Assembly (NCBI GenBank): GCA_030264375.1
Contig: JASCQW010000128.1
Coordinates: 31,593,003 to 31,657,002, forward strand
DNA: 64,000 bases
Origin: Carcharhinus longimanus
Lineage: Eukaryota
Direction of reading: 5' to 3'
Below are positions 41,111 through 54,445 of this stretch, piece after piece. Made by a program: the position numbers and the translations under genes. How positions within the stretch are numbered: the stretch's first letter is position 1; each line of letters opens with the position of its first letter. The notes below the pieces were generated by a model, which made no database searches, was not told the origin of the DNA, and saw only the letters and a program-made list of their open reading frames with translations.

Positions 41111-42944
41111 ATCCTCTGTACAATGGAAGTAAAATTGTATTCTGGGTGCTGGTTATATCTAACTCGAAATTGTAATACTGCAACATGGAATTTTTTCCCA
41201 ACTTTCTTCCCTTCTGAAGACCCTGATTCCTTGTAGGAGTCCTATTTCTTAAGTATCAGCCAGCACTATATTGTGTTGACTGGCTGCTCCACAGTTCTTT
41301 AATTTTAAAAAATCTGAAACTTTCCTTGATTTACAAACTTTAAAAAAATACTTAAAGGATGTGAAATCAACCAGCCTGCTGTTGGTTTGGCCAAAGATGT
41401 GCAGGTTAGGTGAATTGGCCACGCTAAAAGTTCTCCCACAGCGTACCCAAACAGGCGCCAGAGTGTCTCACTAGGGGATTTTCACAGTAATTTCATTAGT
41501 GTGAATGTATGCCTACTTGTGATGAATAAATAATTTTAACATTCCTTTAGCCTTCAGGTGGCTACAAAATCAGTGTGCAGACCCAGTCCCCCATGCTCAG
41601 GGGACAGGTATTTGGCCTACTTCAGGATTTCTGACTCCCTTCATTGTGATGGGCCTGGATCTATGTCTGATTCCCCACAGTAGTGGGTTGTAGAATACTT
41701 TCAACCACCGATTTATGGAACCAGCTCACCTCTGATGGTTCACTGTCCCTTAATTTTATGTCATTCACATTTAGAATCTTTACAGCCATGGTGCAAAGTC
41801 ACCTGTTCTTCTCAAGCATGCTACACTTACCATGTCATGTCTCACCAAAGTATTATTTTCTGAAACAAACCTATACAATTTGCCTTTGAATGTATCAGTA
41901 TTGGCTTCCACCATCTCCCTTGGGAGCCTGTTCCATAGATTGCCTGTGCTAGATCATGAAATATTTCCACAGATTTATTTTGAATTTATCTCCCTTCAAG
42001 CATCGACCATTATCTCTGCTTCTGTTGTTCTTACCAACTTCTTACTCTATTGTTCTGGACATGGGCTACATTATCTCCAATCCCAAAAGCAGCAATTATA
42101 TCACTTCTCAATTTTCTGTCTTCAAATCACCTCATCTATCATTACCTCTATATACTGTTTACTCTCCTTTCCTTGTATGAAAGTAGATGAAGGAAGACAT
42201 TATTAAACCAGTAGAGCAAGCAGAAAGCTGGATTAAAGTAGAAATACATTTCATAGAATGATCTGTTCCCACATGGCCGCCACTCACAATAGCCTGGTTA
42301 AATGAAGAGCTCAGTGACTGAAGACTATATCCCATCATTCTGTGGAGAAAGACCCTTGAAGCATTTCACCTCCTGTAATCCTTGATCAAGAGTAAACACT
42401 GGTCTTTTGAGCACTTTGGCACCCTGCTTTAGATATGTATTAATGCACAAAGACTACTGAAACATACTATAGTTAACATACTCTCATAATGCACTGTTGC
42501 ATTAAGAACACTGAAAAAACCTTTGGGTATTATGTCTTCTAATTTATTAACTGGTGGACATTCTGACAAATCAGCATCATTATCCGATGTAAAATGACTA
42601 ATCCGTAGTTAACTGCGAGTGAAAATCAGACAGAACAGTTCAGCTCAGTTATCTGTAATGCAGGACTAAGGGATATAGAGATATAGAACCTTGTCCTTCT
42701 ATTTCTGGATCTTCGATTGAATCTGTTTCCAAAAAGTGTGTTCCAGCTTGCCTGTAAAAGTCTGATATAGAATCCATTCTCCCTGTCTCACCACAGTTCT
42801 TAGAGGCATAAAACTAACTTGACACTATTTTGGCAATCTCCTCCATGCAGCACAGATAATGTAAATGAACATAGTATAGAAAGCTTTTTTGAAGATGCAA
42901 TTAAGAAAGTTTATTTCAGCATAGTAAAGATAAATTTACTTGCA

Positions 42945-43100
42945 CACAGTGTAGAGATAGATTTACTCTATATCAAACCCATGCTAAACCTGTCCTGGGA
43001 GTTTTTAATGGGGCAATATAGAGGGAACTTTATGCTATGTTTAATCTGTTCTGGAATGTTTTTGAACAACGTGAAGAGAGTTTTATTTCATGTAAATTTT
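42945..43100 (-). repeat. Decayed copies of a ~69-bp shark satellite-like unit; opposite-strand copy at ~31985-32075
   Basis: cagtgtagag..agatttactctatatc.aaccc.tgct..acctgtcctgggagt is the reverse complement of the caggtacagctcgggttagatatagag...ctacactgccccatcaaac unit at 32011-32061. Confidence 0.55.
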
Positions 43101-43590
43101 GGAATTTGCTTGATACTGACTACACATGTATTTTCTCTGAGCACACAATTCAGTGGACAAACTTATTTGAATGAGCACAGCAGGAGATGACAGAATCATT
43201 GATTCTTGGGATTAATTCTATATGGCTCTAATCTTTTAAATATTTTTTGAGAGTACAGCATCACACTAATAGCACAGAGAGGCATCTCCCGAAGCAAATT
43301 TCTGTCCACAAGTATTGGGTAAAGGAGGTAAAACCACTCAGAAACTATGAAGTCATGCAGCATGAGAAGTATATATGCGATGTTATCAATGAATCACACT
43401 AGGCATTAATATTGAAATTAGTGGCACCACAAGCAGAAAGTCCACAAAAGTAGCTCCACTCCATTGGTCAGTCTCACTCATATTAATTGATGTGTTAAAT
43501 AAAATTGAAGTGGGAAGCCAAAAGAAAAATTAAATCCCACAACTGAACATGTCAGTGCCTTGTTAAGATGATGAGTCGTCATTGACTCAC

Positions 43591-44730
43591 CGTCTCTGTT
43601 CTGCTCCTTCATTTTTAGAGATAGGCTTGGGTTATCACTGGTACTGATGGGCATACTTCCTTCAGAATCAGCAGATTCTTCCTTTCTTATGTTCTCAGAT
43701 CCTGGGAAGGAAGCAGCTTTATCATGAATGAAGCCTGGCTCACTAATCCCATCCTCGGCAACTTCAGATTTTTGATCTGATACTTGCACTTTCTTGGCAA
43801 ATGCTTTTTTATTATCTTCATCTTTCACAGATCCATCGCCATTGTCACTTGTTGAAATCCCTAGAGTTTCCTGACGATCGGAATCTTCAGGTTCCATCAG
43901 ATTTTCCTCTGTTCCATTTTCATCTGATTTATTGTCAGTACCCTCATCATTTTGCTCCTGCCCCTCAAGTTCGCCTTTTCTCATACTAGCTTCTTGTTCA
44001 GAGTTGGCTGCTTTGGTATTCTCTTCCTGACTATCCAATGCTTCCTCTTCCAGATCCTTTGTTTCTTCTTCTGTTTCCTCTGAAGTACCTTCCTTAAGAT
44101 TCGACTCACCATCAGGATCATCTTGCTCAAGCGAGTGCTGATTTCTATTGTTGCTGTTTAGTTCAGTTTCTTTGGAAATTGCGGCATGTTCAGGGGCCCC
44201 GTTTTGTGTTGGCTGTCTTAGTTCTGTTTCTTCATCCTCATGGGATTCATAAATGGCATTTTCTGCAATTTCATTTGATTCACCTTCCACAGTTGTTTCA
44301 ATTTCTGTGCTGTTGCGATCCAGTTCTTGAGAATCGCCAGTTTCCTTATCAGTAAGAACACTAGCTGTGTCCTCCGTACTGTCAGACACTAGATTTTGAT
44401 TTCTTTCATCATTCACAATCAATTCCTCAGTGTCATTTTTGGAGTTGGCTTCATTGCTTTGACGTTCTTGATCTTTCACACCTCCATTAATCACATTATC
44501 ACGTACAGTAGCACATCTTGAGCATGCTGCTGCACAACTATCAATTAGTGACTGACCTTTTTCTTCTTTATCATTGGAATCCGCTGTGGGACCTTGTGAT
44601 CCCAAGCCTGAACTACCATCAGATGAATCTGCATACAGGGGGGGACTGGCCTTTTCTTCTTGCTGCTTACCATTCATAAACTTCTCATCATTCACATCGA
44701 TATCTGGGTCAGCAGCCAAGGCTCGATTCC
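43591..44730 (-). CDS. SRL: SRL large acidic cassette exon (1140 nt, 380 codons), Ca2+-binding domain of the long isoform
   Basis: Uninterrupted D/E-rich ORF (43478..44719 track). Acceptor ttcttgcag|GG AAT CGA at 44730, donor AAC AGA GAC G|gtgagt at 43591. Phase 1-1, length divisible by 3. Lies upstream of the constitutive exons, as for the mammalian long-isoform exon. Confidence 0.9.
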
Positions 44731-46810
44731 CTGCAAGAATGATAACATCTTCACTGTTCAGTTTGGTGAAGTCTTGAGCCTGGCTCTAAATGATCAGAAC
44801 ATTATCAGTCAGTTTGAGGCCAGTTTCTCTCTTGATGTGTTTCTGGTCAATATAATTCAGAGGGAAAGTAAACATTCAAACCAATGCTGTTACAGGCCCA
44901 GAAATATATCAAGAGCAGGTGTTATTTCTAGGGAAGGGGACAGATCGAGCAATTAGGCCTGCATCACTCAATGGTGAATTATTGATTATGTGAGAACTCC
45001 ATAAAGTCAAGATAAATTTGTGCATCCTTTACTAATCTGAATTTGATTATGATTTTTCCAGTAACAGAAGACTTGTCCTGAGTCAGAGGTAGGGTAATTG
45101 AACTATGATTAGCCCCTCAAATGAAGCTATTTGTCATGAAATGCTGTAGATTGCAGTGAACTATAAACACTAACATTGTCCTTGCTGGACAATGAAAATG
45201 CAAATTAAGTTCAGGGACCTTCTGATACGAGTCTATACAAATATTGGAAAACAGTTATAGGAGTTGCCTCTAGTTTATTTGGTAAATATGCTGCTCACTG
45301 CGTAAATGAGCCACACAGACCATTTCTCAACGAGGAAGGCAATAGGTGTACTGAATTTGGGCTAGGGAGTGGTAAAATCACCTCAGCGTTGTTCCTAGCC
45401 ATCGACCAGCTTCTGGCTTGCACCAGAAAAAAAGCTGAGAAAATGGCACTGAGAAGTACAGCAAAGCCACAGGCCAGATTAGTCAAAGCTTTTGCTTGAT
45501 GACAAGCAATTAGTTGAGGAAAATGGATGCAGTGAAGATAACCCTGTGTGAATACTTCTATGTTTTACAATTACAATGGCCAGCACTGTGGTGGTAAGGT
45601 GCATATATAAATACATACTATATATATAGTATCTCTTGTGGCATTCAACATAAGAACTCAACCAAGTATAGTCCACGTGTGATGGGAAAGTTCAAAAGTG
45701 AAGGCATGTAGGCAGAGCTCAGTCCCCATTTGTAACTCTTAGATTGTTCATATAACATTTCTTACCTTAACACACACCAGCTGTCAACTTTTTTCACCAT
45801 AACTGCTTCAGCCACTTTTGTAACCCTGTGTAAACTGGTCATGCTGTAATTATTATAAACATTTTCAACATGAGTACTTCATGGGCTGATTCTTTGAGTC
45901 AGCAAGACTGTGTGGACATTTAAAAATTGCAGACAGGACCTGGATAGTGAAGCCCCTCAGTGCCGAGTTCAATCATACCACATTTTGGCTGGTTTGAGGA
46001 CCTTAACCTGCAGTGTGGGAGTCACAAATCAATGGATGTAAACCTTCTTGGAGGGTGGGTAAGGTCTTTATAATTGTCATGATTTGATTTTTTTAAAAAT
46101 GTCTTACTGCTGTTAGGGTCAACCTTATGCTAGATTCTTTTGATTGATTATCCCAAGTTGGAAAATAAAGTAGCATCAGGTGGTGCAGTTTCAATTGAAT
46201 GTCAACAATCATTAGGCCATAATGAATGCTTGGCTGAGTTTTAAAAACTGAAATTATCTAAACAGGGGTTCTGAGTGCACAGTTTTATTTTCAGTTTAAA
46301 TAGACTATTACTTATTTTTAAAGTGAGGTCTGAATAGAAGTGTGTTTGCATTTGTAGGAGATCAATTACTTAGGGTAATTTAACAAATTGAATGGATATT
46401 ATAAATGGGGGTTGTTTCATCTTTGAGAGCATAGCAGTGAGAGCTATAATAGATTGTTAGAAGTATATAATTTAATTTCTGCATGGTTCCTGTTGTCTGC
46501 CCATGGTGGATATTGGGTGAATGGCTATAGATGTTGCATGGAGGATATGAGGGGCATTGGGGGTGGGTGGGCAGCTTGAGTTGACAGAGCCAATAGAGGC
46601 CATGAGGATTTGGGGTGAAGGTTAATGAGCACAACAACATCTAACTGGGACAGAGTCCCAGAGAGCTGAGACAGGCCTTTGAACCAGCCTGACTTGACCC
46701 TTGCCCCATGGTTGCCTACACTCATACTTTTGGGGTAGGCAGGCTTGAGTCAATCTCTCATCCTCTCACCCACCCACCCAAGCAAAAATTACACATTTTG
46801 GCGTACTCAG

Positions 46811-47170
46811 TGCAGCACAGTGGCAGAGTGGTTAGCACTGTTACCTCACAGCGCCATGGATTCGGGTTCAATTCCAGCCTTGGATGACTATCTGTGTGGA
46901 GTTTGCACATCCTCCCAGTGTCTGTGTGGATTTCCTCTGGGTGCTCTGGTTTCCTACCAGAGGCCAAAGATGTGCAGGTTAGGTGAATTGGCCTTGGTAA
47001 ATTATCCCTTAGTGTTCCAAGATGTGTAGGTTAGATGAATTGGTCATGGTAAATGTGTGAGGTTACGGGGATAGGGCAGGGGAGAGGGCTTGAGTAAGAT
47101 ACTCTGTCAGAAAGTCAGTGCAGACTTGATGGGCCAGATGGCCTCCTCCTGCACTCTAGGGATTATGTGA
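46811..47170 (+). mobile_element. HE1-type V-SINE, full length
   Basis: gcagcacagtggcagagtggttagcac, ggttcaattcc, V-domain, tail gcactctagggattatg. Confidence 0.9.
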
Positions 47171-48578
47171 TTTATTACCAACGGGTCTGGCAAGCTGGGA
47201 ANNNNNNNNNNNNNNNNNNNNNNNNNNNNNNNNNNNNNNNNNNNNNNNNNNNNNNNNNNNNNNNNNNNNNNNNNNNNNNNNNNNNNNNNNNNNNNNNNNN
47301 NTCCATGAAGCCAATTAGGGCACAGAAGGAGACCATTCATCAAGTGCATACCTATTCCCTGCAGGGCAATCCAGTCATTCCACTTCTCCACTTAATTTCA
47401 TAGCACTGAAAGTTGAAATTACTGATTGTTCCCACTTTCACTATCCTGGTGGGCAGAGATTTCAAGTCATTGCCAGTTACTGAATTAAAAAATTATTCCT
47501 CCATTTCCTCTGCATCCACTGCCCAAAATCTTAAATCTGTGTCCCAAAACTAATCCCACTGCCCCACACTTTCCCAAAACGCTGTATCTCCTTTTATTTC
47601 AATTATATTTCTGATTTTTCCTTAAAAGTTGTAATAGCCATTGCCTGAACTATAATAAATATCCGTAATTTTTAAGAGATCCAACAACAAGATTAGTAAC
47701 AGCACTTCAGATCTCATTCACTGATTCATAGTGCAGGCATCATACCTTACTTAGTCTGTTGGGAAGAGGTCATCGTAGCTGATTCAGGTGCCAGTTACAG
47801 CTCTTTAGCCACTGTCAAACCTTTATTTTCTATCACCTTTGTGCACTATTTATGACTATCTTAAAATCTTCTCAACCAAAGTTAGCTGCAAACACTCCAT
47901 AGCTAGAAAGAAAGCCTTATTCAACAATGTATAGCTTGCAAAGTTTAGAAGTCTACCTTGCAAACAATTCTGACTAGCTCCATCAATGAAAGTGCCCTTT
48001 TTTTAAAAAAGGCAAATAAAGTGGTCACAGAGGCAGATAAAATTAATTAATCAATCACTGCTAATGGAGGTTGTGCAGATCAAACTTTGCAAATGGAGGC
48101 TAGATATTTTCCTACAGAAAGGAGAGAGAATGATGCAAGTCACCTTCACAAATCTCTATACTATTGGATTGTTATATATGGATGTTATAGGTAGCATCCT
48201 CTTTGCCAGACATTCAATGGTATTGCCAAACTCAGGCCGAGGCCTGCCATGGCACACCTGTGTTGTCCTTTCTCATTCCAGTGAAGAGAATGTGAGAAAA
48301 CAGTTGAAAAAAAACATTGATAGAATAACACTAATCTTCTGGAACTTGTCAGTTCCATGCATCTACTTTCAACCATCAGAACCATTTTACCATGCAAACT
48401 AAGCATTGACGTTGAACGTTGAGAGACATGGGAATCTTCAGCATACAGGTACTCTCGCATTCACCAAGGAGTTCCTCTCCCTGTTGTACACTGTAGCTTC
48501 AGCAAAAGAATGCTATTCTACTAAAGCAATGGAGAAAATCCCAAATTGTGTTTTCAAAGGAATGGCTCCATGGAGTGA

Positions 48579-49128
48579 TGATGTGGGTATGCCGGCGTTG
48601 GACTGGCGTAAACACAGTAAAAAGTCTGACAACACCAGGTTTTAGTNNNNNNNNNNNNNNNNNNNNNNNNNNNNNNNNNNNNNNNNNNNNNNNNNNNNNN
48701 NNNNNNNNNNNNNNNNNNNNNNNNNNNNNNNNNNNNNNNNNNNNNNNNNNNNNNNNNNNNNNNNNNNNNNNNNNNNNNNNNNNNNNNNNNNNNNNNNNNN
48801 NNNNNNNNNNNNNNNNNNNNNNNNNNNNNNNNNNNNNNNNNNNNNNNNNNNNNNNNNNNNNNNNNNNNNNNNNNNNNNNNNNNNNNNNNNNNNNNNNNNN
48901 NNNNNNNNNNNNNNNNNNNNNNNNNNNNNNNNNNNNNNNNNNNNNNNNNNNNNNNNNNNNNNNNNNNNNNNNNNNNNNNNNNNNNNNNNNNNNNNNNNNN
49001 NNNNNNNNNNNNNNNNNNNNNNNNNNNNNNNNNNNNNNNNNNNNNNNNNNNNNNCAGTCCCCTCGAAAGCTTGTGAGAATATTATCAAATAAATAGGTTG
49101 GACTAAAACCTGGTGTTGTCAGACTTTT
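48579..49128. mobile_element. Young Penelope-like insertion with inverted terminal copies, centre lost in N gap, 12-bp TSD
   Basis: Left aaaaagtctgacaacaccaggttttagt and right actaaaacctggtgttgtcagacttttt are exact reverse complements. tccatggagtga is duplicated at 48567-48578 and 49129-49140. Confidence 0.75.
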
Positions 49129-49199
49129 TCCATGGAGTGAAACAGGCCTCAATTAGTAGCATGAAATGTAATCATGGTCGATTAGCAGACCAGTATATA

Positions 49200-49615
49200 C
49201 TACACCAGAGTTCTTTTTCATTCAAATCAGTTGGACCCCAGCCTGTACCTCACTTCCAGCAATCTGTTATGTTATTCTGTATATGAACCCCTTGATTAGA
49301 TTCCAGCCGACAAGTGGCTTCCAGATGGCTGCTGTTCTATCTAGCACCCTCCTCGGCACCACACCCCACAAAATCCTTTGATTGGATTTGAGCCTGTAGC
49401 ACACATTGATATAGCTGTTACTCTGATTATAATCAATTTAACATCTTTGATTAAATCCAACCTGTGACTCACTGGAAGATACTCGTTTTTCTATATATAG
49501 ACTGCTTGAAACTCTCCATTACTTTCACTCCTGGATACCCATTATTCTATATATAATCTACCCGAACCCCTCTATTAGATTCTGTAACCTAGTTCAGTGT
49601 TCTATATATAAAAAG
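49200..49615. repeat. Degenerate tandem repeat (gaacccc..gattagattccagcctgta.ctcact...ttctatatata units)
   Basis: Recurring motifs cctgta/ctcact, attagattc and ttctatatata. Confidence 0.65.
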
Positions 49616-50264
49616 ACCTTTAAAGAGTATGGGTTTATATGTTGGCATTGCTGTCGCAATGCACTGACCTCGCTGTCTATTTGAAGAACCACGAAACTGA
49701 TGTTGGAAATCCATGAACACTCTAGCAGAGGCATGCACATGGGATAGGGTGTTCAGATAGACTAACTGTCAAAATGACATGTTCAGAGAATGTCCCTTGC
49801 TGTTTTACTGGAGTTGTTAATCTGCTTCACCTAGAGAAATGTTCTACAAATATTAGCATCATGAATAGTGATTTCCGATCTTTTTTTTTGTAAAGGGAGG
49901 ATTTGAAGCAGTGACACATTCTGCTCTTGGTTTTTCATTCTCTGCCTGATACTTCCTCTGCAACGGTTATTATATTTCAAGAATTTACTGATTGTGGTAG
50001 AATTGGAACATCTCATCCAAGTGGGCAATTCTTCACCTGTGTATCAAGATTCTGAGAATCAGTGAGCTATTCAATTGTAGGATTATTTACCCATCCTGTC
50101 ACATCAAATGTTTATACGCAAACTCCTTGTGATCAGACAGGATTATCTTACTGATTCCATTTTTAAGCTTCGATTCCCCCCCATCTCTGAGAACATGAAC
50201 AATTAATTTCAGCTGAAATTTCAATTATGAGAGTGTCAGAGATTCTAACTTTCAGATGAGATAG

Positions 50265-50390
50265 GAAGTCTCAAAACACCAGGTTAAAGTCCAACAGGTT
50301 TATTTGGTGCACAAGCCACAAGCTTTTGGAGCGCTGCGCCTTCATCAGGTGAGTGCGAGTTCTGTTCACAAACAGGATATATAAAGACAC
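50265..50390. mobile_element. Penelope-like terminal fragment inserted in a Deu-type SINE
   Basis: aagtctcaaaacaccaggttaaagtccaacaggtttatttgg...ccttcatcaggtgagt. Same motif family as 48617-48646. Confidence 0.65.
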
Positions 50391-50394
50391 CTTT

Positions 50395-50645
50395 GAAACA
50401 ATGGCATTATTTCAAAGATGAGCAAGGGAGTACACTCAATATCCTGGGCAACAGGAGTTCCACAACTAACACTGTCAAAAATAGTCTCATTAGTCATTCA
50501 TCTTATTACGTGTGGGATATTGTTGTGCACATATTGGCTGTAACATATTCTGTGAAATAGCAGTGACTACACTTCAGAAGTAATCTATTGACCGTGAAGT
50601 ACTTTGGGATGTCCTGAGAACATGAAATGGAGCCATATAAATGCG
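50395..50645 (+). mobile_element. Deu-domain SINE 3' part
   Basis: atggcattatttcaaagatgagcaaggg, cagtgactacacttcagaagta, tttgggatgtcctgag. Confidence 0.65.
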
Positions 50646-53553
50646 TGGGGAGGGGTTTCTTGAATTATTCTGGAAATCTTTCGACTGTACATACACTGAG
50701 ACTCAGCAAGTGTTGACTGATTGTTGTATGTCTTTGAAATCCAAAGCTGGTTCATCTCCTATAACCCAACACTTGGACTTGTTCATTTCGCCTTGTTCAG
50801 TAGGGATGTTTGAGTCAGTACATGTTGCAATTGTCACTATTTAGCTGTGATTCTTGTGTAAAACACTTCACTCATGCTTACATTCTCAGTTACCTTACTG
50901 AAATGCCTTTACTTGCAAAGACAGCAGTTTGTGTTTCTACTTGCACGTTTTTCTCATGTAGCTGAATTTGCTGGTATTTGGGTAAAAGCTTTACTTTTCT
51001 ATGGAGGTCAGAAGCAGCAATTCGTGCCCCTCACTGTCGTGCTGTCACCTCTCTTGTGACCTTATTATCAATAACTAGTCCCATTGTTTCACTGCTCATA
51101 TTATCACACACCTGCACCAGAGGGATTTTTATTTTATGAGTTGACACTCCTTCCCACGTACCCTTTGCCACTATTTATGCTCCTGCCTCTTGTGCTCTGT
51201 CACTAAAACCATAATTTATGCCGTTAACCCATCAGAAGTTGACTTTTCAATGTCTCTGCTAACCGCTTGTCCTTCATAAACTTGAATTAATCTAAATCTC
51301 TACAGCTTGTATTCCTTTGAGACACCAGAAAACATAGTCCTGGCAGTCTGATCCTTGACAGACTCCACCGATTCCCTATTTACCTCTATTGTCCTACACT
51401 TTCCTTCCCTTATAATTTCCCATTAGACATCCCAGACCTAGTTATCCTGACTTGCTGCTTTCTCCTCACATTTTCGACCATGGTGCCCCCAAACTCTCCA
51501 CTAAATCACTCTGCATCGCTTCACTCACTTTTTTCAAAAGCTTTTAAAATCTGATCATTCTGGCTTTGGTTTCAAATTTCTTCATCTCTCATGGTGCTGA
51601 GTGTCCCTTCCTCATCATCAAAACACCTGAAACTTCCTACAAATAAGGTATGTGGATATAATGTGGCTGTTTGAATAAAACTCTTAACTGTCCCTGTTCA
51701 CCTTCTTCCTCCACATCCCCGCCCACAAGTCAATCGTTGGCCTGGCGATCCCCAGATGCAGATTGCGCAGCCCCCATGTGCTGCCTCCTCTTCAGGCTCT
51801 GCCTCTCTCCTTAAGCACCATCCTTTGGGACTGCCCAAGGGTCACTACCCACCCCTGGCCCTAATCACTCAGAGGTCTCAGTGGCCTCCGGTCTCACTGG
51901 AGAGGGCACCATGTTGCTCGGAACCATACATGATCTTCGTTGGTAAAGACCTCCACCACCTAGGCCATTAAGGAAGTGAATCCGGACAATTGCATCCAGC
52001 CTCACTAATCACATTAAAATGAGATAATGAATGTTATAATCAACATTGCACCCTTCCCAGGTGTGAGGCTGATTTCAGCAGCAGATTAGGGCTGGTAAGA
52101 TTACGAGAGGCAAGAAACCTGGCACAAATCCAGTTTTCCCCCTCTGGCGGGACAAGCCAGTAAGAATGCACCTAAGCCTTTATTGCAGTCATATTTGTTA
52201 CATAAATCTTAACTTGTATTCACTCAAATTTAAAAGACTAAGGTGATTAAATTGAGGTGCTTAAAATGTTAAAAGCATTAGAGTAGACACAGTGACATTA
52301 TTTTCTATGGTGGGGGAATCCAGGGGAAGAAATATCATCGTACAATTTGAGCTAGGCCACAGGAGGCAAATTTGGGAAGCTTAATTTTTCGTTCAAAGGG
52401 TAGTGGAAACCTGGAACTCCCTTCAAAAGGCTGCTAAAGTTGGAGGAATTTTGAAACTGAGATTGATGGTGCGCTGAGATGTCAGGTATCAGGTGCAGCG
52501 TTAAACTGAGACCCAGTTTGCCCCCTCAGGTAGATGTAAAAGAACCAATTTTACTATTTTGAAGAAAAGCAGGGGAGTTGTCCCCACTCCCCCGATCATT
52601 ATTTATCTCTCAATCAACATCACAAAAACAGATATCGAGAGGAGATTCACCAGCCTGACTAGCCACCGGACAGAATCCTGACATTGCGGCTAAATTAAGA
52701 GTCCTGTTGCATGGCAGACCTGTCATAATTCACCCAGCTCATCCCTGCCACTCCTGTTCCCACACCGTTATTATGCAGAACCCCTACTTTAGGAACTGCT
52801 AAATGCAGTCTTTGGTGCAGGCCCTGACAATCATGGACTTGGGGCATTGGACTCCAAGGGGAGTCTTGGAGGTAAGTGCAGTGCCCAGGTGCCCCTCTGC
52901 CACTGTGAGGCTGCAGAGGGAGGGTCCCACAAGGCACCTGGGGATTGGAGGGGCTCGGGCTGGAAACAGGGAGTTAACCTTAAGACTCTCCCTGGGGTTA
53001 GGGGTCTCATGGCTGTACTGCCTTTCCAGCCCTGGGAAACCAGAGGATCACTCTTGATGTTGTGATTTCAGGCAGCTTTCTGATCAAAATCTTTGTTCTT
53101 GTCTGTGTACAGTGAAAACATTGAAGTGGCCTGGGCATACTAATCTCCATGCTCCTGGAAGGGTTCCAATTCACAGCAGCACTCCATNNNNNNNNNNNNN
53201 NNNNNNNNNNNNNNNNNNNNNNNNNNNNNNNNNNNNNNNNNNNNNNNNNNNNNNNNNNNNNNNNNNNNNNNNNNNNNNNNNNNNNNNTTTCTCTCACCCA
53301 AGTGCCATTTTGGGCAAATTTTTAAAAAAAATGTATATCTATCACCTACTTAACCATTAACAATGCCAAGGACAACTTATTAGTTGTTGTCCATTATTGT
53401 TGATGAGATCTTTTCAACTTACCCAGCACAGAAGCCCTCTGACTGACAGGAGAAGTCAGTTTCACTAGGGAGAGATTCCCTGCTGCACGATCACTCACTT
53501 AGCCCCATTCTTTTAACATTGCTTTTTTTCTTCCTAGAAAGATCAAAACCTTT

Positions 53554-53653
53554 GGGGCAGAGTTTTACCATCCCAATTGTAGCAGGCGGGACATGGACCA
53601 GGCGCAGGTCCATTGACCAGCCTTGGGATGAGCGCGGCCAGAAAATCCCACCC
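53554..53653. mobile_element. Short MITE-like element with imperfect GGG...TTTT / AAAA...CCC termini
   Basis: ggggcagagtttt at the left end, gaaaatcccaccc at the right end, GC-rich 100-bp core. Confidence 0.4.
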
Positions 53654-54298
53654 TTGAAATCCCTCAAAACCCTTTGTTTCTATTCAATTTCATAGTCTAG
53701 TACCTTTAACTAACGTTTGGTTGACAGCTTAATGGAATGCGGAAAGACTATTTGACCTGATAACCATATTCTACAAAGGGGTTATCTATAATTTGTAACG
53801 TCAATTATGGCTCCGCTTTTCAGATACATATGGACATATGAATTAGGAACAGGATTAGACCACTCAAGCTTGCTCTACTATTCAATAAGATATGACTGAC
53901 CTAATTGCAACCTCTCACCTTTCACACCCTCGCTCATCAAGAATCTTTCCATTTCTGCCTTGAAAACATCCAAAAACTATGAGTGGAATTCTCCCATACA
54001 GGACTAAGCCCTTATGGCGGCCACAGGGAGTGTTTCCCACTGCAGAGGGCAACAGGAAACCACACTATATCTTTCAGCCTCAACATCATTAATTATTCAC
54101 CCAGGGATTTTGCACTGTCTACCATGGTGGGGTGTCATATCCAGGCACAATATTTGAAAAGGTGCCCAGACATCCTTATGTCAACATTAAGATGTCAGNN
54201 NNNNNNNNNNNNNNNNNNNNNNNNNNNNNNNNNNNNNNNNNNNNNNNNNNNNNNNNNNNNNNNNNNNNNNNNNNNNNNNNNNNNNNNNNNNNNNNNNN

Positions 54299-54445
54299 AT
54301 CCCCCTCGCTATGAAGGCCAGCATCCCATTCGCCTTCCTGACCACCTGCTGCACCTGCAAGCTGGGTTTTTGCGAGTCATGCACAAGGACCCCGAGGTCC
54401 CTCTGCACCGTCGCCTGCTGCAGTTTTTCGCCACGTAAGTAATTA
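54299..54445 (-). mobile_element. Young, CpG-retaining CR1 fragment running into a gap
   Basis: ORF track 54187..54408 QRDLGVLVHDSQKPSLQVQQVVRKANGMLAFIARG. Confidence 0.85.

Noticed and set aside
45295-45486. Hydrophobic ORF (TNLACGFAVLLSAIFSAFFLVQA) just upstream of the acidic exon as SRL signal-peptide exon 1
   Set aside because: Starts at TTG with no in-frame ATG upstream. The nearby GAG|gtgatt donor is phase 0, while the next exon needs phase 1.
53416-53510. Strong minus-strand donor (TGG|gtaagt) as possible exon 1
   Set aside because: The phase-1 frame upstream has no ATG-initiated signal-peptide-like sequence.
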